From Microcoleus sp. (GTDB taxonomy: Bacteria > Cyanobacteriota > Cyanobacteriia > Cyanobacteriales > Microcoleaceae): DNA of 64,000 nucleotides. Location: NCBI GenBank assembly GCA_042408215.1, contig JAYFMW010000012.1:1-64000 (forward strand), in the 5' to 3' direction. Below, piece by piece: positions 20,835-32,327 of the stretch. The notes under the pieces are model-generated. The model saw only the letters and a list, made by a program, of their open reading frames with translations, ran no database searches and was not told the DNA's origin. Made by a program: the position numbers and the translations under genes. The stretch's first letter is position 1; each line of letters starts with the position of its first letter.

Positions 20835-21503
20835 CTAAAGCAGATTTTCTAAAGCAGCAGCAACGACTCGATGATTTGAGTCTTGCCGAAGTTGACTTAA
20901 GATTTCCTTAGCCTGGGGATCGTCAAAATGTTGCAAAGCAGATGCGACGTGCTGACGCATACCTTCATACTCAGAATTAGCCAGCATTAATAACTGAGAA
21001 AGTGCAGCCTGTTCCTGATTAGTTCCGGCTAATGTACCAAGTGCATCCACAGCCGCTTCCTGGGTGGTCATATCTTCGGCTGCTAAGGCTTCCATACAGA
21101 CCTCAAAGAGTTCGCTTTCGCACTCCATATCAACCAAAGCAGCCAGAATACTACGACGCACTAACCAGTGGTCATCCTGTACAAAAGTCAAGACTAAATG
21201 AGATGCAGCACATCGACCAAAAAGCGAAAGAGAATTAGCAGCCTCGGCTCGCACATTCGGCGTATTATCAAACTTCATAATTTGCAGTAAAGCGGCGAAG
21301 GATTCGGCGGTTTGTTGTGTCCCAAATGCCCGGCTGACAAAGGAACGTACTAAAAACTCCGGGTCATTGAGTTTCGCCTTGAGCAAGGGAACGGCAATCT
21401 CTGGTGTATAATCCTTGAGAGCCGCGATCGCCTTAAGTCGATACTGAAAATCAGGATTTTCCAGAGATGTTTCGATTTCGTGAATGTCCATAACCACAAC
21501 CAA
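20835..21503 (-). CDS. HEAT-repeat PBS lyase-like protein (NblB-like)
   Basis: DNTPNVRAEAANSLSLFG; DDHWLVRRSILAAL. Confidence 0.7.
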   Translation of the reverse strand: MVVVMDIHEIETSLENPDFQYRLKAIAALKDYTPEIAVPLLKAKLNDPEFLVRSFVSRAFGTQQTAESFAALLQIMKFDNTPNVRAEAANSLSLFGRCAASHLVLTFVQDDHWLVRRSILAALVDMECESELFEVCMEALAAEDMTTQEAAVDALGTLAGTNQEQAALSQLLMLANSEYEGMRQHVASALQHFDDPQAKEILSQLRQDSNHRVVAAALENLL

Positions 21504-21595
21504 GTAGAATTTTTCTTTATTTTAACCAAAAAGTTCCTAATTGTGCAAATAACCAAAGATATTTTAACACTTAATAACCTGGGCGGTTGTTATAG

Positions 21596-21901
21596 CTAAG
21601 CTCTTTGATCGAATCGAGTCTGAAAACAGCCGTACTTGAACCAATATTGTCGCAGTTCATGGTGAGGTGTATGCAAACTGGCTTTAGCCTGATAGAGAAT
21701 CACTTGTCGATGATTTCCCATCCAAAGTCGTTTGGCTGGTTCAACAGAAATTAAGCACCCTCCTAGACTGTTAACACATTCCTCAAATCGCTCAACTGCT
21801 GGATAGTCTAAAGTTTCAAAAATTAGCAATTGACCGGAAAAAATTAGGTGACGACTTCTGATCCAAGCCTGCATTTTTTTACAAGCTATTGGGGGTAGCA
21901 T
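21596..21901 (-). CDS. cpeR: Phycoerythrin operon activator CpeR
   Basis: MQAWIRSRHLI...YWFKYGCFQTRFD. Confidence 0.85.
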   Translation of the reverse strand: MLPPIACKKMQAWIRSRHLIFSGQLLIFETLDYPAVERFEECVNSLGGCLISVEPAKRLWMGNHRQVILYQAKASLHTPHHELRQYWFKYGCFQTRFDQRA

Positions 21902-22043
21902 CTTTCAGATACTCAGCTTGAAAACCGAGTGATTTATTTTTATTTTCAAGTTTTACATAGAAAAAGAGCGAATAATAAACTCGCTCTAGAGAAAGCAGGA
22001 GATACCAAACTTAAATGAAGACAAAGGTCAAGTCTAAGTCGAT

Positions 22044-22977
22044 TTAGCCAACTTCAGTAATACTGAGAATTTTGCCTCCCATTTTCTGGATATTTTTAAT
22101 TTGCTGAGACATTTGAGCATAGCTGACTTCATAGCTGATCTTGCTCACTCTGACCTTAGCGCCACCAGACTTAGTAGCAGTAATCCGAAAACGTTTACCA
22201 GTTGTGCTAGATGCTCCACTGGTACCAATGCTAAAAAGTTTGATTTTCTGAGGCCGATTGCTCGCAACCGTAGCAACTAATTGAGCTTGATTACTGCTAT
22301 CGCTAGTAGCTGCTCCTCCCAGCAAAGAAAGCATCCGATTAAACCCGACATTCTGGATACCAGTTTGGCTGCGAATGCTCCGAGGATAAGGCACAATATT
22401 CTCGCCAAAGTTCTGGCTATAATCGTCACTATCGATATAATAATCGATTTCGGCTTCATAGCCTTGACCGTTACAAATTTGGACGCGATCGGAAATCTCC
22501 GTCTGTTCTAAAGGAGCGCGACCAAGCAAATGCTTGCAGTTTAACTCGATGAACCGATAGGCAGAATTGGTGTGAAAAAAGAGAGACTGATATAGGTCTG
22601 ATTTTGCCTCTTGTCTGACAAACTCACGCACCGTAATATCACCATTGCGAAGCAAAGATTCGGCACTGGTGAGACGCTGACTTTCCATCATGTGAGCATT
22701 TCCTAACACCAATTTAATGGGTCGTTGCATATATCTCGATCCCCCTAAATCCCCCTTAATAAGGGAGTAGGGTGTGAGTAGGGGTTGACTTTGAGCAGAA
22801 TCTTGTTCCCCCCTTATTAAGGGGGGTTAGGGGGGATCAGATTCTACGGGGCCTCATAAAAAACTGGTATAACACCTGTCGGTAAGCGGCACGAATGACG
22901 ACTTGTAAATCGTCTTCCGTTGCATTGGAGCGCAGTTCTACGGGGTCACTGACGAAAGCTGCTGTTCAACTGGACAT
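22044..22977 (-). pseudogene. cpeE: PE-associated rod linker CpeE, disrupted by a nonsense codon and a 166-bp insertion
   Basis: MSS*TAAFVSDPVELRSNATEDDLQVVIRAAYRQVL | insertion | GNAHMMESQRL...FIELNCKHLLGRAP; third linker after cpeC and cpeD. Confidence 0.8.
22704..22876. mobile_element. MITE-like insertion in cpeE
   Basis: Flanking direct repeat TAACACC (22704-22710 and 22870-22876); ACCAATT/AACTGGT ends; CCCCCTTAATAAGGG palindromes. Confidence 0.8.
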
Positions 22978-23211
22978 GGTTTTTTCCTAACGTTAATTAA
23001 AGTTTGATTGAGACTGTCAAAAGATGTTACTGTTGGTTGAAATAGCTTGACATTCGCGAACGTATCTGTTATAGAGACAGATAAACACTATCGGTTTATA
23101 TCGCGATCGCTTTCATAATTTTGCAATGGGGATCAGATAAAAATCGCGATTGTTTCCGAGAGGGATAGAGAAGCAAATCTTTACTTCTCTATCCGCTAAT
23201 AACTCTAGGCC

Positions 23212-23979
23212 TCAAGCAACTTCTGTGATGCTGACAATTTTGCCGCCAGCACGATGAATGCGCTGAATTTGCGGAGTCATCTTCGCACCGGAAACCAGAT
23301 ATTCAGTGTTACTTAGTCGGCGAGGGCTATCAAATTTAGCGCCTTTAACTACAATCTTGAAGGTCTTTTCGGTGGCATCTTTGTAAGCGCTGATCCGACC
23401 GCCGGTTGTTGGTAAAGTAATTTTGTTGCCGCTATTACCAGCTACAAAATCAACTAAGCGAGAAGCGGTAAAAGCACTGTCAACTCCCGCATAACCTTGA
23501 TACAGGGAAAGGGTGCGATTGTAGCCGACTTGCTTTTGTCCGACTTGACTTTTTGCCCCTTGATAATTAGGGACTGTATTTTCGCCAAATTTGTCCTGAT
23601 ATTCTTGACTGTCGAGGTAGGAATCAATTTCTGCATCGTAGCCTTTTTCGATACAGGTGCAAATATGCTCAGATAGTTCCGCTTGGTCTAAGGGAGCGCG
23701 ACCTAACAAATGTTTGAAGTTGAGCTCGACAAAGCGGTAAGGAGCGCAGGATTCAAAATACCGACTACGATAGAAGTCGGATTTAGCTACAGCACGGACA
23801 AATTCCCGTACAGTCATCCCGCCATCGCACAATTGTGATTCTGCGACAGTCAGGCGTTCGCTTTCCATCACATGAGGATTACCCAACACTTGCTTGTAAA
23901 CGGCGCGAATTACGGCCTGTTTATCATCGGAGCTGCTAGTAGACCATAGTTCTACTGGCGCATCTAAAACCACACTCAT
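23212..23979 (-). CDS. cpeD: PE-associated rod linker CpeD
   Basis: IRAVYKQVLGNPHVMESERL; FVELNFKHLLGRAP; CpcD-like C-terminus. Confidence 0.85.
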   Translation of the reverse strand: MSVVLDAPVELWSTSSSDDKQAVIRAVYKQVLGNPHVMESERLTVAESQLCDGGMTVREFVRAVAKSDFYRSRYFESCAPYRFVELNFKHLLGRAPLDQAELSEHICTCIEKGYDAEIDSYLDSQEYQDKFGENTVPNYQGAKSQVGQKQVGYNRTLSLYQGYAGVDSAFTASRLVDFVAGNSGNKITLPTTGGRISAYKDATEKTFKIVVKGAKFDSPRRLSNTEYLVSGAKMTPQIQRIHRAGGKIVSITEVA

Positions 23980-24090
23980 TGACTTTCTCCTAAGACTAAA
24001 TAACGCTTCAAAACAGGGAATTAGGGATTGTGAAAAACACGCTCAGGGAGATAATTCCCCAAGTTGTTAAGGCAGAAGTTTGAGCGGTTG

Positions 24091-24975
24091 TTAGTTGACA
24101 GCAGTAATGCTGGAAATTATGCCGCCTTGTTTGTGGATGCGTTGATATTCTTGTGAGAGCCGATCGAACGGTACAAGATATACTTGATTGCTACGACGGA
24201 ATTTGGAGACTTTGTTGATCACAGTTGTTCCTGAAGAACGATATCCGGTAACAGTAATGCGATAAACTTTGCCTTCTGCTTGTGCACCTAATCCAGCACG
24301 GCTGCGTGCATTCATAGCGTACTCTTGGAATGCCCAACCGTCTCCAACTGTGCCACCTGAAGGAGGAACGATTGGTAGAGGGGTTTCTTGAATAACGAAT
24401 TTATTCAGAACGGGGGCTTTTCCAGAAATGCTGCCCTTCAAATCGCTGCTGGATGGGCCGCGCAAGAGAGCAAACATATGTGTAAACCCAACCATGTTTT
24501 TTCCTGGTTGGGTTTTGTAACCTCGGTAAAAGGGAACGATATTTTCCCCGTAGGCGTTTTGGTATTCATCGCTGTCGAGGTAGGAATCTATTTCTGCCTC
24601 GAAGCCTTCGGTATCTAAGATAGTGCTATGTGTTCTCATTTCTTCTAGGCCATCGGGAGCGCGACCGAGAAGATGTTTGAAATTCAGTTCAATGAACCGA
24701 TAGCGAGGACAAGTATCGAAGAAGCGAGAACGATAGGCGTCTGATTTTGCCAGAGCGCGGACAAATCCGCGTACACTGAGTTCACCACGTTTGAATTGGG
24801 ATTCAGGAATTATGGCTCGTTCACTTTCCATGACGTAGGCATTACCCAAAACGTGCCGGTAAACGGCACGAATTATGGTTTCTACTTCTTCTTGTGAACG
24901 TCCTGGAATCAGTTCTAAACAGGGTGTTTCTTCAAATAAACTGACTCCAAGTCGAGATGCAGGTCCAAAAACCAT
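24091..24975 (-). CDS. cpeC: PE-associated rod linker CpeC
   Basis: MVFGPASRLGVSLFEET start; linker domain motifs. Confidence 0.88.
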   Translation of the reverse strand: MVFGPASRLGVSLFEETPCLELIPGRSQEEVETIIRAVYRHVLGNAYVMESERAIIPESQFKRGELSVRGFVRALAKSDAYRSRFFDTCPRYRFIELNFKHLLGRAPDGLEEMRTHSTILDTEGFEAEIDSYLDSDEYQNAYGENIVPFYRGYKTQPGKNMVGFTHMFALLRGPSSSDLKGSISGKAPVLNKFVIQETPLPIVPPSGGTVGDGWAFQEYAMNARSRAGLGAQAEGKVYRITVTGYRSSGTTVINKVSKFRRSNQVYLVPFDRLSQEYQRIHKQGGIISSITAVN

Positions 24976-25226
24976 TGAAAAAATCTCCACAATTGTGTTA
25001 TGTGAAAATATACCATAATTCGATGTTAGATTAAAAAAATTTACATAATTTAACATTTCGTATTATTTTGGGACTTACTCGCTGACGATCGGAGAAACTG
25101 GGTTTCTGGCTGAAAACCGATCGCTGAAAGGATGAATTTTTGTTCAACTTACTAGAAGAATCTAGGGTGGGCGATCGCCGCAAACAGCCGATCGCCCCCT
25201 AGTTACGATCAATGTTTTGAAACCAC

Positions 25227-25826
25227 TTACATTTGCGGTAACTCGGCGGCAAAACTTTGACGCTTTTCAAACTGTAGAGAGCCAAAAGCCGAACCCCAAA
25301 CCTGTTGATGAGTATTCACATCCAGACCTTGATCGAGACTACTCCAAGTTGTTTCGGTAATCTCCACATCACTGACTAGGTAGGTTGAACAACCTCTTTT
25401 TTCGATGAGACAAAGGTTTCCAGGTTCTACACTACCTCGAAACATTTCTCCGTCTCGTTTGAAAACCATTGAGCAATTGGATCGTCTTTGAATACAATCT
25501 GGTTTAATTGTTTTGAGAATGCTTAATTCCCGTGCTGCGCCGGCGTATTGCACTGGATCGTTGAGACTATAATTTTCAATATAAATCCGATCTCCCTGGT
25601 CAATTAATCTGTGGACTCCTTGACGATAGGGAGTCCAGAGGTCATGGTCATAAACTTGTTCGGAATAAAAGCCAATGGCATTGAAAAATTCCAAGGGTAA
25701 GGGACGAAAAAAAATCCGAATATGGGCGAATTGTTGTGGATTTTTAGAGGATTGTTTGTAGTTACTAAAATCCCCTGCCATCCAATGAGCTAAAGTGATT
25801 AAATCATTGCTTTTAACTAAATTCAT
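25227..25826 (-). CDS. cpeT: T-type bilin lyase CpeT
   Basis: WMAGDFSN; FAHIRIFFRPLP; PYRQGVHR. Confidence 0.88.
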   Translation of the reverse strand: MNLVKSNDLITLAHWMAGDFSNYKQSSKNPQQFAHIRIFFRPLPLEFFNAIGFYSEQVYDHDLWTPYRQGVHRLIDQGDRIYIENYSLNDPVQYAGAARELSILKTIKPDCIQRRSNCSMVFKRDGEMFRGSVEPGNLCLIEKRGCSTYLVSDVEITETTWSSLDQGLDVNTHQQVWGSAFGSLQFEKRQSFAAELPQM

Positions 25827-25880
25827 AAGCTAAGAAGAAGGTAGAATAAAGTTGGATAGAAATTAGCAATTAGCAATTCA

Positions 25881-26417
25881 CTAATTCCCTGAAAGCGAAC
25901 GAATCTCTGAGGAAAATGATGCCGTTACTACCCCACTTCCTCCACTGGTTTTAATTAGGGAAACACGAAACCGTAAATTAGGATTAGCAAACCAGATTTT
26001 TTCTTCCGCTGCGGCGCGTTCGTAGCTAGTCAACAGCACAAAAGTTCCATCTTCTGTGATGTGATAGTCACCTGCTGCGGCAATAGTTTCAGCATAACCT
26101 TGATCTCGTAATAACTTACCACGATTAGGCGCATTTGGATCGGGGATTGGTACAAAAATACAACTCCCCTTAACCTCAGAATTCTCATCCCAATCTGACT
26201 CACCCTCCCAACTCATTTGAAAAGGCATTAGTGCTTGGGATGGGTCAACCTTATACAATTGGCAGAGTTCGATTACTGCCCGATCGTCCGGTGAGATAGC
26301 AACGATATCAATGACTGACTGCACAGCTTCAAAGTGTCTGAAAGTCAAATGATGGACGCTGCGCTGCGATCGCCACCGTCCTAGAGAATTTTCAACAAAC
26401 TGCTTAATATTGTTCAT
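25881..26417 (-). CDS. cpeS: S-type bilin lyase CpeS
   Basis: SLGRWRSQRSVHHL; LLRDQGYAET; AAAEEKIWF. Confidence 0.88.
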   Translation of the reverse strand: MNNIKQFVENSLGRWRSQRSVHHLTFRHFEAVQSVIDIVAISPDDRAVIELCQLYKVDPSQALMPFQMSWEGESDWDENSEVKGSCIFVPIPDPNAPNRGKLLRDQGYAETIAAAGDYHITEDGTFVLLTSYERAAAEEKIWFANPNLRFRVSLIKTSGGSGVVTASFSSEIRSLSGN

Positions 26418-26638
26418 GGAAAACATTGTACAGGGGCAAGAGCCAAAATATTCTTGTCTTCAGAACTCCACTTTTTGCGCCCCTGTCCACGAAAAAAAGT
26501 GCTTTTAGCCACAAAAGTAACAAATTGTTACTTTGTTTCTCAGGAATGAGACAGAGGGAACACCCCAGAGATATATTCAAAACCATTAAGTTAGTCACCA
26601 AGTTGACAAACTGAGATCAGAAACAATTTTTCGTCTAA

Positions 26639-27208
<570 letters not shown>

Positions 27209-27281
27209 TCCATTGCTAATCGCAATTCGCTCAGCAAAATTGAAACTACGCTCACTGTCAAAATCACTTTAGGAGATTTAG

Positions 27282-27779
<498 letters not shown>

Positions 27780-27826
27780 TTAATTAGCAGGTTTGTGATG
27801 TCGTGACTGGGTAGTTTCTACCCGAC

Positions 27827-27897
27827 AAGTCTAGGAACTCTTGGCTCGTTGCTTTACCGATTTAGGTAAGGTAAGGGTAAAGAATTCCTGGGCTTGT
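27827..27897 (+). terminator. Long imperfect hairpin after cpeA
   Basis: AAGTCTAGGAACTCTT...AAGAATTCCTGGGCTT followed by a T-rich tract. Confidence 0.55.
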
Positions 27898-27948
27898 TAT
27901 TTTGTTTGAATAGGCATATCCTGTTTCTTAGGTAAATTAAATGTTTCT

Positions 27949-27981
27949 GGGCATCGGGCATCGGGCATCGGGCATCGGGCA
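27949..27981. repeat. Heptamer array (GGGCATC)n
   Basis: About 5 tandem copies. Confidence 0.9.
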
Positions 27982-28139
27982 TAGTTTCTACCCTCAACAT
28001 CTGACTCATATCGAATCCTCTCTTCATCGGAATTATTCCTCTCTCTCTATTCTCGGACTCTGTGTTCTCTGCGTTCTCTGCGGTTAAATCATAATCCGTG
28101 TAGTGCCTTTCTTCTTCTATAGTGATTGCAGCTAATTTT

Positions 28140-29426
28140 ATGGATAAACGCTTTTTTAGTTTTTTTAATTTAACGGAAGACCAGGCGATCGCCCTTTTAG
28201 ATACGCCCCAAGCTGAAATCGGCGAAGAGGACTCCCGCTACATAGCCGCTTCCCACTTGATCAATTTCTCCACAGATCGATCGATCGCAGCACTGATCCG
28301 AGCAGTACAACAAACTGATCCGGTGCTGGAAAACCGGATTGTGCGCCGCAAGTCAGTGGAAACCTTGGGAAGACTGCAAGCTGTGCTAGCATTGCCGGTG
28401 ATTCGCACCTGTCTGGCCGATGATGACTGTTACACTGTGGAAAATGCGGTTTGGGCGATCGGCGAAATTGGCACTCAAGATGCCGAAATTTTAGCAGAAG
28501 TTGCTCAATTGCTGGATAAACCAGCACAAACTTACCGGGTAATTATCCACACCCTGACTAAATTAGATTATCAGCCAGCCGTAGCCAGAATTCGCAGATT
28601 TGTCGATGATCTTGACCCGCCGACTGCTAGTGCTGCGATCGCCGCAATTTGTCGCTTAACCAGAGACTTTTCTCAAATGGGCAAAGTAGTCGCCATGTTG
28701 CAACACAAAAATGTCCTAGGGCGCAGATTATCCATCCAAGATTTGATAGATGCGCGTTACTACGATGCCATTCCCAATATTGCCAGATGTCCCGTATCTT
28801 TAGTCTTTCGGCTGAGAGGAATTAGGATGCTAGCATCAGCAGGAATTGCCGAGAAATCCGTGACCTTTGCCACCATTCAACCCCATTTGGAACAAACCTT
28901 AAGAGACTATCCAGCAGATTTAGATTTAGTACATAGTTATGAAAAATTACCCGACTTACCGTTTTTGATTCGCCAATTATACGAAACAGATTTTGGACGT
29001 TGCTATTTAGCAGCTAAAACAATTCTCGAACATTACTCAGACGATGCACCAGCCGCCCTGTTTGCCACCTTTGCAGAAGAAGCAAATAATGACTATGGAG
29101 CGCATTTTCATGTGGTAAAATTGTTTGGTTGGTTAAAACATGATCCAGCCTACGATTTGTTATTGGAAGCTTTGCATCACTCCCAACCCCAGTTTCAGAA
29201 ATCCCGTGCGGCGGCGGCGATCGCCCTGGGGGAACTCGGAGAACAACGTGCCATTCCAGCATTGAAAGCTTGTCTGGAAACGAAAATCTGGGATTTGAAG
29301 TATGCTGCATTAATGGCCCTGGAAAAACTTGGTGATGTCAGCGGTTATGAAACCGCTGCGGCTGACCAAGATTGGTTGGTTCAAGCTAAAATAGATGCTC
29401 ATACTTCTGTAACATCCCAACTATAG
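28140..29426 (+). CDS. cpeY: Bilin lyase CpeY
   Basis: MDKRFFSFFNLTEDQAIALL; DYGAHFHV; HEAT repeats; follows cpeBA. Confidence 0.88.
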   Translation: MDKRFFSFFNLTEDQAIALLDTPQAEIGEEDSRYIAASHLINFSTDRSIAALIRAVQQTDPVLENRIVRRKSVETLGRLQAVLALPVIRTCLADDDCYTVENAVWAIGEIGTQDAEILAEVAQLLDKPAQTYRVIIHTLTKLDYQPAVARIRRFVDDLDPPTASAAIAAICRLTRDFSQMGKVVAMLQHKNVLGRRLSIQDLIDARYYDAIPNIARCPVSLVFRLRGIRMLASAGIAEKSVTFATIQPHLEQTLRDYPADLDLVHSYEKLPDLPFLIRQLYETDFGRCYLAAKTILEHYSDDAPAALFATFAEEANNDYGAHFHVVKLFGWLKHDPAYDLLLEALHHSQPQFQKSRAAAAIALGELGEQRAIPALKACLETKIWDLKYAALMALEKLGDVSGYETAAADQDWLVQAKIDAHTSVTSQL

Positions 29427-29572
29427 TAGGGACACGGCACTGCCGTGTCCCTACCTGAGAATTATAGCTGTAGGGACACGGCAGTTCCGTGTCCCTACAG
29501 CTCAGAAACCGGGTTTTTTTAGATAAATACTGCATCCCAGCCTTTAACTAGGAGTGAAAAACCCGGTTTCTT
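29426..29572. repeat. REP-like palindrome cluster
   Basis: GTAGGGACACGGCACTGCCGTGTCCCTAC twice; AGAAACCGGGTT...AACCCGGTTTCT. Confidence 0.8.
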
Positions 29573-29633
29573 TGGTATTTTGCGTAAGTCCTGTTAATTC
29601 AGCTTAATTAACATATCTAAAACCACAAAAACC

Positions 29634-30248
29634 ATGACAACAGATGCTTTGTTTGAACAACTAAAACACCCGAATCCTCATCTGCGCGATCGGGCGATGT
29701 TTGAAATTGCTGATTCCCGCGATGAAAATACAATTTCTCGACTGGTGGAAATTTTAGATGATCGAGATGTCACCTATCGTCGGGCGGCGGTGAAAGCCTT
29801 GGGTGCGATCGGTGAGGATGCGGTATCACCGGTGGTGGACGCATTGTTAAACAGTGAAAATGTGACTGTGCGAGGGAGTGCGGCGAAGGTATTGGCACAA
29901 ATTGCGATTAATTATCCAGATTTGCCTTTCCCAGAAGTGGGTTTGCAAGGATTAAAAAAGGCGATCGATGATGCTAATCCTGTGGTGCATATTGCAGCCG
30001 TGATGGCCTTGGGACAGATGGGTTCGTCTGCCTTTGAGATTTTGGTGGAGTCGCTGAATACAACGGATAATGTGGCGGTACAGGTGGCGATCGTGAGTGC
30101 TCTTGCTTCTGTGGGCGATCGACGTTGTGTAGAAGTTCTCACCACATTTGCCAACGATCAATCGGTGGATTCCTATGTGCGGGAATCAGCCACAAGTTCT
30201 TTATCACGGTTGGATTTGGTGATGAATTATAAGCGTGCAGATAGTTAG
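29634..30248 (+). CDS. cpeZ: Bilin lyase accessory subunit CpeZ
   Basis: LFEQLKHPNPHLR; DVTYRRAAVKALG; follows cpeY. Confidence 0.88.
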   Translation: MTTDALFEQLKHPNPHLRDRAMFEIADSRDENTISRLVEILDDRDVTYRRAAVKALGAIGEDAVSPVVDALLNSENVTVRGSAAKVLAQIAINYPDLPFPEVGLQGLKKAIDDANPVVHIAAVMALGQMGSSAFEILVESLNTTDNVAVQVAIVSALASVGDRRCVEVLTTFANDQSVDSYVRESATSSLSRLDLVMNYKRADS

Positions 30249-30311
30249 GTTTAGTGACATTTTTAGCACCCCTCTTGAGCCCACACAGCACTTGCAGCCG
30301 ACTAAGCGCGG

Positions 30312-30656
30312 TTAGATTTGACGCAATCTGTCGAGCTTTTTTAACTGTTGTGACTGTTCTTGCAATCGAGTTTCGAGACTCTCGCACACAAGTTCGCATA
30401 AATCAAAAATCATCGGGTCAGTGATTTGATAGTAAACACTGACTCCCTGCGGCTGCCGTTGAACGATGCCAGCCTGGGTCAAAATCTTGAGGTGCTTGGA
30501 AACATTGGCTTGCCCCAGCCCTGTTTCTTCAATGATTTCAGTGACATTTTTAGCACCACTCTTGAGCGCACACAGCACTTGCAGCCGACTAAGCTCCGAT
30601 AAAACCTTGAAGTAGTCAGCAACCTGAGCGAGAGCCGAAATCGGGATCTGAGACAT
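30312..30656 (-). CDS. ArsR/SmtB-family transcriptional regulator
   Basis: FKVLSELSRLQVL...GLGQANVSKHLKIL...FDLCELVC. Confidence 0.88.
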   Translation of the reverse strand: MSQIPISALAQVADYFKVLSELSRLQVLCALKSGAKNVTEIIEETGLGQANVSKHLKILTQAGIVQRQPQGVSVYYQITDPMIFDLCELVCESLETRLQEQSQQLKKLDRLRQI

Positions 30657-30772
30657 AAGCAGGAGTGAATTGATTTTAATCTAGACTTCTTTGATAAATG
30701 ATATCATTATATAGTAATATCTTGAATGATACCGCAACACTCACACTCGTCCCCAGGGAGGGTGACGAGTAT

Positions 30773-32098
30773 TGTAAAACTTCATTGACTTTATAGCCAT
30801 TAATAGCCATGTATAGTATAGTATAGTAAAAAATGACGGCAAAACAATGCAGCTAGTTGAAAAGCACATTATCGATCGAAACCACTGGCTATACAAGCAG
30901 CTAGATAATTTGTGCTTTCTTTCTAAGAATCTTTTCAACTACGCTAACTACCTGATTCGACAAAAATTTATCAGCTCAGGAGAATACCTCGACTATTACA
31001 AAATACAGAAACTATGTCAGGGAACGACTGACTATCTAGGATTACCAGCCAAAGTATCTCAGCAAGTATTATTGAGATTATATGAAAGCTGGAAATCATT
31101 TTTTGCAGCTACCAAGGAATATAACCTCCATCCAGATAAATTCAAAGCCAGACCCAAAATACCCAGATACAAACACAAAACATTAGGCAGAAATGTCCTG
31201 ACTTACACCGCTCAAGCCATCAGTAAAGAATGGCTCAAGAAAGGAATCATCAATCTCTCTTTGACCGACATATTTCTGACTACTAAAGTTAGCGAATTAA
31301 ATCAAGTCAGAATCGTTCCAAAAACTTACCATTACTCGATGGAGGTAGTTTATGAACCCAAGGATGTAACTCAATCATTATCAGGTGTTGAAGGGATAGC
31401 GGGGATTGATATTGGCCTAAATAACTTAGCGACAATTACATCCAATCAAAAAGGGTTTGTCCCGCTGATAATAAATGGCAAACCGCTCAAATCAATCAAT
31501 GCCTACTCTCACAAAAAGAAAGCAGACGTGCAGTCCTACTTGAAGGGGGAGAAAAAGACATCAATCAAAATTGAACAATTAACTCACAAGCGTAATGTAA
31601 AAGTAGATAATTACCTGCATAATGCAAGTCGATTCATCATCAATCATCTGGCAGCTAACCGAATCGGGACACTGGTGATTGGTAAAAACGATAACTGGAA
31701 ACAGGGAATAAATCTCGGCAAGCGGAATAATCAGAACTTCGTAGCAATACCTCATGCAAGGTTTATTGAAATGCTAACTTATAAAGCGCAATTAGCAGGA
31801 ATAGTTGTGAAGGTTATTGAAGAAAGTTACACTTCAAAGTGTTCTTTTTTAGATAATGAACCTTGTGTCAAGCATTCAGAGTACAAAGGTAAACGAATTA
31901 AGCGAGGTTTGTTTCGTGCTGGTGATGGCAGACCGATCAATGCGGATGTGAATGGCAGTGCTAACATTGTCAAAAAAGCATTTCCCAACGATGAAGCTGA
32001 GGGAATACAGGGCGTATTAGTACCTCCGGTAAGGGTCACACCTTACAAAATGGTTGCCCGAGGCAAGTGTAATATTTGCCTAGAAAACCTGTAACTAT
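30773..32098 (+). mobile_element. TnpB-only element (copy 2, same subfamily as copy 1)
   Basis: AGTAT|TGTAAAACTTCATT left end, CTGTAACTAT right end; boundaries inferred. Confidence 0.7.
30847..32094 (+). CDS. tnpB: RNA-guided endonuclease TnpB
   Basis: GIDIGLNN, IEESYTSK, INADVNGS. Confidence 0.92.
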   Translation: MQLVEKHIIDRNHWLYKQLDNLCFLSKNLFNYANYLIRQKFISSGEYLDYYKIQKLCQGTTDYLGLPAKVSQQVLLRLYESWKSFFAATKEYNLHPDKFKARPKIPRYKHKTLGRNVLTYTAQAISKEWLKKGIINLSLTDIFLTTKVSELNQVRIVPKTYHYSMEVVYEPKDVTQSLSGVEGIAGIDIGLNNLATITSNQKGFVPLIINGKPLKSINAYSHKKKADVQSYLKGEKKTSIKIEQLTHKRNVKVDNYLHNASRFIINHLAANRIGTLVIGKNDNWKQGINLGKRNNQNFVAIPHARFIEMLTYKAQLAGIVVKVIEESYTSKCSFLDNEPCVKHSEYKGKRIKRGLFRAGDGRPINADVNGSANIVKKAFPNDEAEGIQGVLVPPVRVTPYKMVARGKCNICLENL

Positions 32099-32129
32099 GA
32101 GCGCTCCATTAGAGTCAACAAACAGGTCA

Positions 32130-32300
32130 TATCAAATCCGCGCTTCATCGTCCTGGTCAAGTCGAGTCAAGTGGCCACCATATAGCGGTTGAAAACCCCA
32201 TGAGGTACAAGCCGATCGATACCCGATGCCCTATGCCCTATGCCCTATGCCCAAGCGTACCTCATCGAACAGAGAAGGGCTATATGTATCTTCGATATAT
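32130..32300. mobile_element. Nested small MITE-like repeats
   Basis: TATAGC...ATGAGGTAC...GTACCTCAT...GCTATA inverted ends with internal (ATGCCCT)n; TATCAAATCC..CTTCATCG end also at ~28010 and, reverse-complemented, at ~59815. Confidence 0.55.
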
Positions 32301-32327
32301 CAGCGCAATTTTCAGTTGTTCCACTCA

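Noticed and set aside
26500..26560. Chromatic-acclimation direct repeat upstream of cpeB
   Set aside because: Only one clear TTGTTA half-site; not enough to call
30253..30594. Diversity-generating retroelement TR/VR pair
   Set aside because: Only 2 mismatches, not adenine-specific, and no reverse transcriptase in the window
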